64,000 nucleotides of DNA from positions 721,012-785,011 of the forward strand of contig NMRA01000134.1 of the NCBI GenBank assembly GCA_002633005.1. Reading direction: 5' to 3'. How positions within the stretch are numbered: position 1 is the stretch's first letter; each line of letters opens with the position of its first letter. This DNA comes from Phoronis australis. Its lineage: Eukaryota; Animalia; Phoronida. Shown piece after piece: positions 1 through 14,200 of this stretch. The translations under genes and the position numbers were made by a program. A model generated the notes under the pieces. It was not told the DNA's origin. It saw only the letters and a list, made by a program, of their open reading frames with translations, and searched no databases.

Positions 1-248
1 CGATAAAGCTCTTTGAAAAGGGCTACGCGTTCCGAGTATGATTGTCGTGTCGGGATTTAGATCGCCAGGTAAGATTAACCGCCCAGGGCGGTTGTCTGTC
101 GTAATAAGCGCCCATGTTCGGTTAACCGCCCATCCCCTACTTTAGGTGGATTTTCGATTTAACCACCCACTGCTCGGTTAACCGCCCTCCCCCGATTTTT
201 TGGATTCGCCAATTTAACCGCCCAGGGCGTTAACCCGAACGATTACGG
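1..248 (-). mobile_element. End of a Tc1/mariner (Tc2-like) non-autonomous DNA transposon, truncated by the window start
   Basis: Ends ...GGGCGTTAACCCGAACGATTACGG followed by TA; reverse complement of 54000-54248; repeated TTAACCGCCC subterminal motifs. Confidence 0.8.
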
Positions 249-1384
249 TAGATACATTTGCAGCATGAACATTGTAACGTATACTGCGTGATAACCTGGG
301 ACATGAATTTTTGCTTTTCACAAAGTCTGTTTTAACTTGACAGCAACTGTTGTTTCGCCAATTTGGGCGCATGGAATAGTGAAGGTTGGGGCGCCCAGAG
401 GAAGGTATAAGTGGGCCGCAGGTTCGCAGAAAAAAATTGAAGCTGTGACCCCTGGATTCGACTTGGTAACATAACGGCCTTATCACCGGTGCTTATTAAT
501 TAGCTGTTAAGCCAAATACAAAGTGCGACACTTGGTGATAAGCTAAAGTTGGAGAAGATACACATTTCATTTGCATAGTGAAACCGGGATCAAACCTGGC
601 AAATATTTTGAGTTGGTGATTACGACTGCCAAGAAAACGTGCGAGATATACACAAACCATCCACGTCGATAACTATAGACTGAGACATCAGTCAATACAT
701 TCACTGGTGGCAGTTTTAAACAATGTGTAAATAATCACCGATCATGCAAAAAAGCACACTGTCCGAAATGTGAGAATTACGGTCAATGCTGCTAAAGTTG
801 ATGTGTCCGAAATCTGAGAAATATGGTGAATGCCAAATTTCAAAATAAAAAAATACAATTTGAGGTTAGATTTAGGAGCCCGAAATTCAGTAAATTTTAC
901 CGTAATAAAGATATCACGGTTTTTGTAGGCTTTTGAAGAATTATAATACAGATGAGGCTCATGGTTGCCGTGGTTTCTGAGAAGTATGACAACATGAAAC
1001 TTGAGCTGAGAAACGACTCACTCCTTCAACTAGAGCTAGTCACATTTCATTTTGTTTCCGATATCAGCGTCTTGGAATTTCCAAGCTCGGAGCACTTATC
1101 CATCAGACTGCTAACTGCAATAACGCTATTGATCTCGGTGATGTCCAACTTAAATTGGTACTATATGTTTCTGATTCCATCAAGTTATGTATAGCCCGAC
1201 ATGTTGACTTGGTTCTTCATTGATTCTTGCAGTGCGTTTAACTCAGTCCTGGTGCACGTACTTTGCTATTGATTTCGGATAGCCAGAGTTCAACTGTGGA
1301 TGTTTTGATATGCTGTCTAGTGTTGACAGGTTGCTGCAATACTGCATTGATTGTGTTGACTATTGGCTGGTAGTGTACCATTGA

Positions 1385-1640
1385 AGGTACAATAGTCACT
1401 GCCAGTCACTGGGATGGCATGCTCTTGGATCCAGATTGGGTTGACAATTGACTGGTAGTGAATCATTGTACATAGAGGGGTACAATAGTCACTGCCAGTC
1501 ACAGATGAGATGGCATGCTCTTGGGTCTAGTTTATAGTCACTGCCAGTCACAGATGAGATGGCATGCTCTTGGGTCTAGTTTGGGTTGATGATTGACTGG
1601 AGGTTAATCGTACTTTTGAGGGTATAATCGTCAGTGTAGA
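1385..1640. repeat. Degenerate tandem repeat (ATAGTCACTGCCAGTCAC...GATGGCATGCTCTTGG)
   Basis: Three clear copies at about 1393, 1485 and 1534. Confidence 0.75.
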
Positions 1641-3613
1641 AATCTAACCATAGTCACTACACGTCACCAATTAGTGCTGCCCTGTCTCCCCACTTTCAAT
1701 GGTTGCAATGCTATAAGAGGAAGTCTTTAACATTGTGAGAGCACAAATGTGACTTCTGTTTGACCTAATTTTATATTCTGGGGTTATTAAAGATAAAATG
1801 ATTGTACTTGTGTTGCTGAAATTGCTTCTAGACACATTCCCTTGTAACAGTGACGCTGTCTGTTTGCTTGGTAGATCAAAGGCTTCTATATTTATCAATT
1901 ATTTAAGAAATAAAATAAAATATTTGGTCATGTTGAATACAGTCAGTCACTGTAACGATGTCTGGCTTGGTTGAGTTCTTTCATGTGCTACCTCACCTAT
2001 GTTTCAGCTTCAAAGTTTAAAAATATATTAGTGATTTCCACTTAAACTAATACTTTAAAGCCCCATACAGCAAGGCCAGGTCAAAATTGTAGCCTTCAAA
2101 TTTGCACTAATCAAATACAAGTTGAATTAAGCCAAAGAGACTATCGATGCATTATGAGGAAAAAAATAAGTTATGAAAAGTCATGGTAAAAAGGTTTAAG
2201 TGACATTATAAGCTAGAAAATCATTTTCTGAGATCATCCTGCTGTGCTGAATGGAACTTCAAAATCTCACTTTGCAGCCGAATGCTGTGCTGGCTGAGAT
2301 AAATGCCACTCTGTGTTTGGTGGTAGAGTATGATCGAATGTCTGGCTGACAAGGGCAAGAATTGGCGGTTTGTTTATTTATAAACTTTGATCGAGATAAT
2401 AACTTCAAGAAGTTTATCCCATTTAACTATTATCCCGAAATTTTTTGGCCGTTAAAGGGATAATGCCGCTTTAAGAAATGTATTCCAGATAAAATTAGTT
2501 GGTGCTACATACCACCTTGAACAATGGACTTCTAAAATCACGTTTCTCAACAAAAATAATTGTTATAGAAATTATGGTTTGATTTATGTGAGCTATGACC
2601 AGCTAATAATTATTACACTGTCCACCATTCCTACCAATTATTGATGTCTTGTGCCACAACTTGTTCTTCTGTAACGTTGCATCTTATAAATCCAAGTTAC
2701 TCTCATATCGTTTAAAATTGTGTGCTACAATGACCACTGGAAACAATTGTTTATTTTATCTCCAGATATGGTGAAGTATCACCAATTTTGGCCAAAAATA
2801 ATTTACAAAGTTGCCAATTTTAAAGGACTTTATTGAAATGACTGTCAGCTCAAATTATACATCCCAATCACAATCTTCTGGATTTGTTCATTTTCACATT
2901 CATAGAAATTGATGAAACCATGAACATAGGATTCAACCTTCATTACACGAGCTCCAAAAATATTTAGAGTGACCAGGGGTGTTTGGTTTGACTGATTGAT
3001 GTTTTGAAAATGGTATTTATTCAAACTGATCATTTACCAGTCAATTACAGTCTACCTCAGCCAAGTACTATTGACATTGATCATGAACTTCAGTAATGAT
3101 GGCTCTCCCAGATAGATGTTATGTTGTTTACTTTGTTTCTATTCTGATACTAAAAGTAATTCTGTCTGTCAATGTAAATACAGTTATTTTACTGTGTAAC
3201 TTAATGATGGGTTTCTAGTGCCTAAGTACTCTCTAATAGACACCATAAGAATTCCCTGGAGACTATGAATTAAGTGACAAGCAGGTTGACAGGCTCTGAG
3301 AGAGGGACTCTTGGGTTATACCGTAGTTACAGTAGTGTGGGGTCTAGAAAACCTTCGCAATATTTTCATGCATGGGAAACTCATTTCAAATGAAAAGGGT
3401 TCAAAACTCATGAAACTCTTATAAGATAAATTACTACCTGGTTATCGAGTCATATTTATTACAAGTTCATACATTCAATATGCCTAGTAACAGAAATAAG
3501 AAAATTAGCTTAGCAAAAATTTCTATACATCTACTTTGTGATTTTCAAGGCCTTCTCACAGTTAAATGATGTCCACTATTTTCCATAAGAAGTTGTGATG
3601 ATAGCTGAGATAC

Positions 3614-3798
3614 AGCATTTAGCCATTATGGCATTTAGCCATCATGGTATTTAGCCATTATGGCATTTAGCCATCATGGCATTTAGCCATCATGGCATTT
3701 AGCCATCATGGCATTTAGCCATCATGGCATTTAGCCATCATGGCATTTAGCCATCATGGTATTTAGCCATTATGGCATTTAGCCATCATGGCATTTAG
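3614..3798. repeat. 16-bp minisatellite (GGCATTTAGCCATCAT) x about 11
   Basis: Directly visible. Confidence 0.95.
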
Positions 3799-5033
3799 TG
3801 ATAATATTGGCTGTTAACTTATCATTCATGAACAAAATAGAAAATACAGTGTTCATTTGTCAACCATATTGTATCCTATGAGATTTTACTGATGATGACT
3901 CAGTGGGAACTTTATGAACTTAGAATTTTGGTGTGTTAGAATGGTTATGGAATATGTTGGAAGCACGGAGAGGTGAAACTCAGCTGGACCAATCAATTAG
4001 CTGGCTCTTAATTTGTCATATGCAGTATGTCTGCAGATTTATGGGTGATCATTAATGAACAAATACCAAGGGCTGCCTAGAAAGTAACAGGTGATAAAGA
4101 GAGGAAAGCTTTCTTGTGCACAAATTACACGCCTTGTTGCTTAAGATTTAAAAGCCATAGTTATTGATTATTGAACCTGTAAAAAAAGTGAAATATTGTA
4201 TCCCTATTTTTTCAAATGCAAGAGCATCTATTTATGGTAGGAATCAAATTTATCACTGATTAAAGAATAAAAGTTTCCTTGCTTTTGACAATTTTCTTGA
4301 AACAAGGATTACAATGATTTGTTTGAAGTTTGTTTTAAAATTGTAAAAAGTTAAACTTCTTGGGTTTGTTTCAAATTTCAAAAGTAAGAAGCAAAGATTT
4401 GTTTGTTGTTTGACTTTCATTTGTTTTAAGTTGTTTGAAACTTGAAGTCACCAACTTGGACTTTAGAGTTTAGATCGGCTGACATTTTGTGATAGCTTTT
4501 TGTTGTGTCTAATTCTTTCTATGAACTTGATAAGTTTATGCTTCTTTTCATAAAGAACCGTGTCATAAGACAACATTCCCTGCAGAATATTCATTTTTAA
4601 ATGAATATTTATCTTGTTGGATACATGAGGCAAAAGTCTGTGTTTTTGTATTTTACACTAAACTTCAACTGGCCCTCAGATGGTCAAATGACTCAAAAAT
4701 CTGTTTGATTCTAAATTGGTTACCGGTATACTTTTATTGGTGATATTAAGGTTAGAGAAACGTTAGTGCCAGCATTTATACAGAGGTGAAGTTTGTTCAA
4801 TAATACACAAAAATATCTGCTGAAACTGCCTGTATTGCTACATCCACTCAAAATGTTACCATGGATTTTATGGTTACACAGTTAAATACCTCTTAACAGG
4901 AAGCAAATTTTAGTTGAGAAAATTGATGAAATGAAATTCTAGGTGTCCATCCTTGGACAGCAGCATTGAGTACCCATAAATATTTCCTGTGTTTGATTAT
5001 TGTTGTCATGACTGCATTTTAATTTCTTTGCAG

Positions 5034-5213
5034 GGTGCGACCTCAGCTGGCGCGTGAGAAGATCGACATGTGCCGAGTGGTGACGGCCATACCTCCGGGG
5101 GAGGCACAGGTGATCATGGGTGGGGATAAAGCGTTCACCTACGACTACGCCTTTGACATGGACACTGCTCAAGACCAGATCTACGACCAGTGTGTCAGAG
5201 CTCTCATTGAAGG
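5034..5213 (+). CDS. KIF21: KIF21 exon (motor: [14 protein letters not shown]...LIEG)
   Basis: ttgcag acceptor, gtcagt donor; kinesin N-terminal RP motif and FTYDYAFD. Confidence 0.93.
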
Positions 5214-8200
5214 GTCAGTCTCTTGATGTGTCTAGTAAAGTGCATGCTAAAGTTAGGTGGACAAAATGACCCAGACATCCCTGCCTTGACCATAGAATTC
5301 ACTTATGGTACTGTCATTCACTGTGCCTGTACCAGCTGTTATTCATTGGGGGTAGCTGTCATTCACTTTCTGTACTAGATGTTATTCACTGTTCATGTTA
5401 GTTGTTATTCAATGTTCGTACTGGTACTAACTGTCATTCACGAAGGAGAAATTTATCGTAGAGTCAGCAGGATGGAAATGCCATTTTTCAGTTGAATCCG
5501 GCGGGAATGATGTCTTGTGATAACTTTTTGCATTCATTGTTTTCAGATGTTTTGATGGTTACAACGCCACCATTTTTGCTTATGGACAGGTAATGATTTC
5601 TGGCCATGTTGATTTCATTTGGATTGAGTTACTGCTAAAATTTAGTGATATTACTTTTTCTTAGAATCAAGATGTCTGTACAAACAGGTGTAACTTGTTT
5701 AAGTTGTGTTTGTAATTTTTGGTTAGACTACACCCTTGCTGCTTAGTCTACTCTGTGTGAGTGCTGAACAGACTAGAGTCTGGAGACTTTGGAATCAGTT
5801 ATTCCTATGTTTTGACCAGTTTAGAACACATGTTAAGTTTTGTCAATCTGAAGATATTAATTATGGTGTATGGGCATTTCAGGCATGTGTATTTAGGGTT
5901 TTTACAAAGTTTTTCATGAAAAGTGAAGGTCATTCACTTCGACACTTATGTTGGGGTGCTGCAAAAATTAACCTTCGAAATTCAACAAATTTTCGGAAAA
6001 TTGATGCTTTGTTGAAACAGCATGTAGGGAAATGCTTGAATGAATTGGTTTGATTTAGAATGAAAATACAAATACCTGGCTTTATTCTCATTGATAAGCC
6101 ACTTTAATGTGATTGTCTGTTGATTATCGTGAGATACACCTGCTGCTCTTTCCTTTCTCTAGACCGGGTCGGGTAAAACCTTTACTATGGGGACCGGCTT
6201 CGACGTGAACATCTCTCCTGATGATATCGGTATCATTCCTCGTTCGGTGAAACACTTGTTCAATGGCATCACCGAGCGCAAGAAACTGGCTCAAGAAAAA
6301 GGAGAGCCATTACCAGATTTCAAAGTCAACGCTCAATTTATGGAGGTATGATTCATAATATTATTAAATGTTATAAAATATGATATTGTGTATTGTTACA
6401 ATACACTGTATTTTAAGCATCTGTATTTTTCTATAACAACCTAAAAATATCATGTTTGCTCAAAACAAAGGGAAGTAGATGTCTCAATATTTATCATTAA
6501 AACGATAGATCTCGGTAAATCGAGTTTGACAAATTGTATCAAACTTGATCTGCAATGCTGACCGTTATAGATGCTACTTCTGTCATCTTGCCAGACTGTG
6601 TTTATCTTGACTTGTTTTGCTTTGTAATTATCCATGTTTGAAATGCATTTACTAAATTAACATGAATTGGAGCACAATGGATATAGAGGCTGAAAATGTT
6701 TTGTTTCCGCATTAAATGTTTTGAAATCTTTTCTAGCTTTACAACGAAGATATATTTGATCTCCTTGACACCACGCGAGACCCCGACTCAAAAGTAAGTA
6801 GCATGGCTTCAGAAGACACAGTTCAGTAGTTGGAGCTTCTGAAATTTTCTCTAAAGCCTGGTTCTGTTACTACCACTGATGAAGTTCACATACTGTGCTT
6901 CCAACTAGCTGCCACGACTGGCCATGAGTGACATCTGATTGGACAGAGTTTGTATGAGTCGGAACTGATTGGCCTGTGTATTTAGGAGCCATAACTGACT
7001 GGCCAGAATATTTAGGAGTCAGAGCAGGTTGGCCAGAATATTAAGGAATCACAACTAATTGGGTATTTAGCAGTCACAGCTGATTGGCCAGAGTATTTAG
7101 GATTCACAGCTGATTGTCCAGAGTATTTTGGAGTCGTAGCTGATTGGCCAGGGATGTTAAAATTTAATTATGTCTATGTTATAATTCACTCCCAGACATC
7201 CATATTTCTGCAGATCTTCATGAAAGAGACAAAATCCATATCATGTTCTCTTTTTGTTTGGACACTGTACATAGACATGTAAGTTGACTTTTATCTCACT
7301 GTTGTATACAGCTCTGTTTCCCTATTTCTTATTATGTCCTATATGACCGTAGTCCATGCCATCTGACTTGAATATTTCAGCGCACCAAGTCACACGTGCG
7401 CATCCATGAGGATGCAAGTGGTGAGATCTATACCATGGGGGTGACCACGCGCCCTGTCAACTCTCTGGCGGACACTATGCAGTGTTTGAAGGTGGGCTCC
7501 CTTCTACGGTCAACGGCTAGCACCAACATGAACTCGCAATCATCACGTTCCCACGCCATCTTCACCCTGCACGTGAAGCAGTACCGAATTGTTAGGAGTG
7601 ATGACCAGGTAGTACATGCAGTGGCCTCTGGTGTTGGAAATGACCGTAGATAAGACAATGGATGTCAGAACTTTTTTAATGTATTGCATTATCTGTTGAA
7701 TTGTTAATTTGAAAATTCGATTGCAAGCATTATTTGTTGCTTTTTAGCCGAAATAGAAGCAAGAGTCTAATCACAAGAGCACATGGATTGTGAAGATTGA
7801 CATATCCATATCCAGCATTTCGGTTTTTTAAAAACAAACCATCTTCAGGGAGAAGCAGTAGGACAGCGCCAAATCAAACATAAAATAGTTCCAGGTGATG
7901 ATGCAATGGGCCCACATGAGTGGCCTGCGCACGTCTGTTACAACGTGTACCAGACTGCCTGCAGTTATTTTTTTATTATCAAATCAAAACACAGTAATAT
8001 AGTCACACTGCTCAGGATCACGTTGAAAAGCATAGTGAGAGAAAATGCTGGGAAAAGGACAACATCAATCACCGCTGGAGATTATAAGCTCCCAGCCTGA
8101 GGATGGTTTGTTTGTAATAAGCTGAAATATTTGATATGGATATGTCAATCTTCAAGTGTGTGCTTGTGATTAGACTCTTGAAACAAAGTGTTTATTTGTA

Positions 8201-11200
8201 TTCTCTTTGTAATAAGTGTAGTCATTGCTGTTTGAACAAGATATGATGTGACAAGTGTGATGTATAAATGTGTATCAAAATATGTAATATAAAATGACTA
8301 AAGTATGCACGATGTGTACATAATTAAAGGATAATTGTGAAAAATAGTGCTAAGAATGACAATAGTAATACTGAATGTGAAATGATATTATTACCAGGTG
8401 GTGGGTGACGAAGCCAAAGATACAGACACAACAGAGATGGAGCCTGAGTTTGAGACGTTAACGGCTAAGTTTCACTTTGTTGACCTGGCTGGATCTGAAA
8501 GACTCAAGAGAACAGGGGCTACTGGTGACAGGGCTAAGGAGGGCATCTCTATCAACTGTGGGCTGGTAATGTATAGCGGGGTTAACTAAGGAGGGGATCT
8601 CTGTCAACTGTGGGCTGGTAATGTATAGCGGGGTTAAGTAAGGAGGGGATCTCTATCAACTGTGGGCTGGTAATGTATAGTGGGGTTAAGTAAGGAGGGG
8701 ATCTCTATCAACTGTGGGCTGGTTATTAAGTGAGGAGGGGGCCTCTATCAGCTGTGGTGTGGTTTAGTATAGTGGGAATTAAGTGAGTAAGGGATCTCTA
8801 TTAACTGTGGACAGGTTATATATAGTGGGAGCCATTACATTAATCTGCCAATTGAACCTTTATGTTTAGTTAGTTATCTGTTTAATTTTCGATTGGGAAA
8901 TTGAATTCACAATAACGAATTGATTGGCTATGAATCTACCTTCTGTTAAAAGACTATTTACCATAATTGTAAAATTTGTCTCAACTGCTTTGTTCAGTCC
9001 AAATAGAATTAAGTATGGAAAAAACTTCACATGTACACACAAGATGATGGCATGCCTGGTCAAGCCAACTTATTCAGCCTTGTACAGAGCAAAAGCACAA
9101 GTCCAAAAATTATATTTCTCCAAAGAACTTGTTGAGACCAGTTTCATAATGGTTAGAAAATTAATCTAAGTTAAGGTCGTATTTTGATCAAAGACAGATA
9201 TATGAGTGTTGTAAAAATGATGATAGCGTGGTTACCTGTCTGCTGTTCTCATTAGTTTTAATGTGTCTACTTCCAGCTTGCCTTGGGAAATGTGATCTCA
9301 GCACTTGGCGATAAGACCAAGAAGGGTAGCCATGTTCCGTACCGTGACTCAAAGCTTACTCGACTGCTGCAGGACTCTCTAGGTGGAAATAGGTGATTGT
9401 CTTTGTCAACTTTGGAATGTGAAATATAATAATTTCTCTGCTGCACTCACAGTTTTGATTTGTCTTATAGATTTAATAAAGAGTAATCATTAGGCGTCTA
9501 GACTTTATTGTTTTTCCTGGCATTTTTCAACAAAACTGCACAGTGATTAACTGTACCAGATGGCAAGCTGTCACCTCAAGGTGTCCACAGGCCTAAATGA
9601 AAAGAAACACTATGAATATTTTCATGTTGAAAAGCATCATTGAATGGTTTTGTGTTATGTAAGTGTCCTAGTACCTCTGTTTGCTTCATACACAACTCTT
9701 CCTTCATTTCAGTCGCACCACTATGATTGCCTGTGTCTCACCTTCTGACCGCGACTTTATGGAAACGCTCAATACGCTCAAATACGCCAACAGGGCGCGC
9801 AACATCAAGAACAAGGTGACAGCCAATCAAGACAAGACTAGTCGACAGCTGAACGCGCTACGCAGTGAGATACAGGCACTGAGGGCAGAGCTTATGGAGT
9901 ATAAACAGGTGAGGCCGGGGCTAGCATGGAGTTATAGCATATAAGGCGTTAAGCGAGGAGCTATAATTGTGTATGACCTAATGAGGGCAGAGCTTATGGA
10001 GGAAAAGGGTTGAATTAGAAATTTTGTCCGTTTCATTGCTCCTTTCACTTTGGCATCAAAGTGCCATCAATGCTGAACATGTTGAGTCTAATCTAAGTTA
10101 CTTGTGTGTGAAGCAGAGCAATTGTCGGCAGTAAAATCAGTGATGGAAATAGCTCTTTGAAGTGTGGTAGATAATTGGTATGTGAGCCGTCATGCCAGAC
10201 AAAAGGCTTTGGGTACACTTACCGATTGTGTATGTTGATATCTAGGTTTCAAAACTGAAGTGCTGTTTTCTAGAATTGATGCTTAACGTGAGATATTTGA
10301 AGTAGGGTAAACGTTTTGGGTTTTGAAGAGCTAGGTAAAATGGCAGTTGTGTGAGCAACACCTTTATGTGCTGTAACTCATAACAAAGTAGCATAATGAT
10401 TATAGGTGCACTGCGTAAGTTGTTGAATAAATTCGTGGTCATATTTCAACAACTGGGGCATGTGTTGAGTCTGGCTAGTATGATCCTGTTTTCACTTGTG
10501 CACAGTAGCCTCTACTGAAAGTAATTGGTGGGTTATGTGGAAATGTTGAATTGTCTCTGAAATTTATGCGAACAGCCCCATCCAAATACAGGACCGTTTG
10601 GAGAATAGAATAGTCCATGGGCGTACTTTTAGGGCTACAATTAAGAATGTCTATGGTTCTATAGGATTTCCAAAAATTAGCATTGTCAGCTAGTGTCATG
10701 TGAAGACAATGCTTTATGCGAATTGAACAGTACATTGTTTGTTTCATTAAATTTTTGGATTATCTGCAAAATAAGGTTCCCTAAAAACACTGTTCATACC
10801 ACAAACTCTCATAATTACAGACATTAGTCGTCATTCCATGCCGATGTTGTCCATTTTCCATTCATATAGGCTCCCTGTTTCTGACAGTATGCCCAGCTTT
10901 GTATTTAAGATAACTGTAAAATACGTCATTTCTGAATATACACCCTAGGCTTACTATCAGGAATACCCAAGGACAACAGGACATCAGCTCTCATAACATA
11001 CAATGTTTATGCCAAGATCTTGTGCTGCTACAGTAGACGGCAAAATTACTGGACAAAATGACGTGGCATTTCCTGTTTTGTCAGCAAAATTCACCGCTAC
11101 AGTATCTGTTCTTCATGATAGGGAATGTCAGAAAATTCATTAGAGAGATAACACGTTTGAGTACTCTTGTATTGTAGCTTGTCATTAGTATTTCCACAGT

Positions 11201-14200
11201 GAATGGTACCCAAGTTTAACTTGGTTGTTCCGTGTTTTTAGGGCAAGAGGGTGGTGGATGCAGAGGGCGGGGAGAGCTATAGTGACATGTACCAGGAGGT
11301 CAACATGTTAACCAGTGAGAACAGCAACCTACGGCAGAGAGTCAAGTCACTGCAGGAGACAATTGAGCAGTTGAGGGCACGCAATGTGCAGCTGATGTCT
11401 GACCAGGCTTCAACTATAATTAAGAACATTCCAGGTATGACTATGGAAGTAGTTAGTCATACATACATTAGGTTACAACTGTCATTAAGAACATTCCAGG
11501 TATGACTGTGGAGGTAGACAGTCACACATACAACCTACCACAGCTGTCATTAAGAACATTCCATGTTTCACTGTGGCTGTAATCAGGTGCACAGTTGTCA
11601 AGTATTAGGCATTTGTCAAAGTCACAAAGTAGAGCACCTCTATGTGGTACCTGAATGTCACTAGATACTAAAGCATGCCTCTGCCCATAGGTTTTCTTTT
11701 TTAATATGATCTAGTTGTACCAATCTTATCATCTTTGGTTGTTTTGATTGCGCTTTTATTTTATTTTGTCATATTTTGTGTTTTCTTGCGGAGTAATGTT
11801 ATAATTGCATACTTTTGCATGGATTGAATGAATTAGTAAATGACTATGACAAAGATGAATTCATAAGCTTTTATTTCCTAGTGTTTGATTTTCCCAATAG
11901 ATGGAGACACAGTAGAGGTCAGTTCACTTGTGCAAGGATACATTAAAGAAATGGAAGAATTGAGGTAAGTTGAGTTCACTTAAACTCGTCTTGAATCCAA
12001 AGTTGATCTAGTGTTAAAAATGTGAATTGAGTATTTTAAATAGGACGATTCGCGGTTACAAAGTATGGTGCAACCGCCCACAGATGGGGGTCTTGATTGT
12101 TTGTTTTCTGTGTTGCAATAACTCTTCTGCAAAGTTGTATAATGTATTTTAAATCAGTTCTAGTTTCATGTTAAAAAACACTCCCAGAGACAGTTTAATT
12201 TTTTTTCTTTATTCTCACAAAGTTTGTTATCTTTAATTGTCATGATTATTACCTTGTGGTCTGAATTCATTTGCTTCTAAGCCTAGTTTTTCTGTAGCAA
12301 ATTTCATTCCCTCTAAAAGTGGCTCTTTCTCACCTTGACCTTATGACTGCGTGTGGTTATGAAATGAGAAACCAGCTTGCATTTTGTAAAGCAAGTTTCT
12401 TCCGTGAAAAGCGAGATCATGCAAATCTTCGTAAGACCTCGCCATGAAGCAACGAACGTGATCAGACTCTGGCTTTTCTCAGGAATGTCTTGTGCTTACA
12501 GAATGCACCCCCGATGTGCATTCACCAGGATTGGTGCAAGTTTTTTTGCAATGACACTAGACCACTCTATTGAGACTTGAGGTCTTGGTCATGTCTGGCT
12601 TGTAAATGTACTCCTTTATAAGTAAAAACTCTAGGAAAATGGCTGCCATCAAAAAAGCTATGGGACTGAAGTGTTGAATTATGGTAGAAAGTGAGTTGTG
12701 GTGAGACAGGTGAAAAAATTATACTTAACGATTTTGCATTCATTTCACAATTTATTTTGAAAACATGGCCAAACTGAGTAAAAATGCTGGTAGTAAGTAT
12801 TATGTAAACACCCACAGTGCTCCCTTATTCGGTTGTCTGAGGTGTGATATCTCGCTGGTAATATCTCACAAATGACTGTCGATAAGGGGTGCACCCCTAC
12901 AGTTGGGTCATACACTACTTGTCCTGCACACCATGTTAACAATCCATTCGTCTGATTAATACTCATCTTTTCTAGCCTCATCCTGGATTATAATATGTAA
13001 GAATTGATGTGTGTTTTTTGTCAACTCTGAATTTTTATTTCAGCTTGTGTGACATTTCTAGTGTGACTAATTTATTGTTGTAGTATTTTTCATTATTTAC
13101 TGTCCTAGTGAATGTTTGGAACTCCATTTTTATCTATTTCTTTAATGTTTTTGGCATGTCACATACAAATATGTTTGAATTAGACTGTTCTTGGTATAGC
13201 TCATTAACATGATTTATTAATACTGCATATAAAAGATTTACTGTATGTTCATCTGCGAACTCCATTTTCGTTTCATTTTTTCCTTTTTGTTTACGGCTAT
13301 TTGGTCTACTAAGTTTATTTTTCAGATTCCTTGGTGTGTGGTCATGTGACGATGGTTGTATTCAATGACACCTGGTCATTGTTATAGTTATTGCATGGCC
13401 ACATCAAACTTTTTGCTTTTGATGTTTGGCGTGAGGCTCTGTAAACGTTGTTGCCACTAAAACATTTATGTCAAGTTTTTTGAAGGCGAAATGTTCGTAG
13501 TAGGGATTCCATGCAAGCTGACTTGTTGAAGAAAGCAATGTCAGTTTGATGAGAGAGGAGTGTAGCTAAGTTCTGTATGCTGCAGAAACATGGGTTAGGA
13601 ATGGAGAAATGTAGTGAGAGTAAGAATATGTTCATGTAAGAAAACTGTCAGTATCCTGTCTATCCGATTCTCAATCAGGATTTCATTTAAATTGCCTATG
13701 ATTGCACTCCTCAAGTTGCTTGGTCAGGGGAGTATTGTTCCAAGTGACTCAGTTTCTTCCTGTGCTTCAATCTGTTCTAGAACTAAGCTCATGGAGGCAG
13801 AGGCTATGTGCGATTCCATGAAGCGGGCGTCAACCAGAGCTCCTACACGCCTATCATTGGGCAGTCCTCTTCAGCCCAACATGCTGACGATGCCGATGCA
13901 TGACCTTCAAACATCGCCTCGAGACGACATGCAGTCTGTGATAAACTTTGCCAAGAAGGATCTCAAGAAGTTACGGCGTAAAGCACGCCCACAACATGAC
14001 AGTGCCAGGTGAGTGGGCGGTGACTACTCCTGATTGATTGATTGATTGAAGATGAGGGGGCATACTTAGGAATAAGAAATAGCAATAAATACATTATGTG
14101 TATTAAGTCTGCATTGAGGTATGTGGGAGGAGTCAGCTGTTGAATTGGTTATCTTGATGTCAACTAGAATAAGTTGGTGGAGTGAGATTGATTTTAGATG

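Noticed and set aside
250-5033. First coding exon or promoter of KIF21
   Set aside because: No ATG exon encoding the expected V.VA.R start with a phase-2 donor was found; it probably lies upstream of the window.
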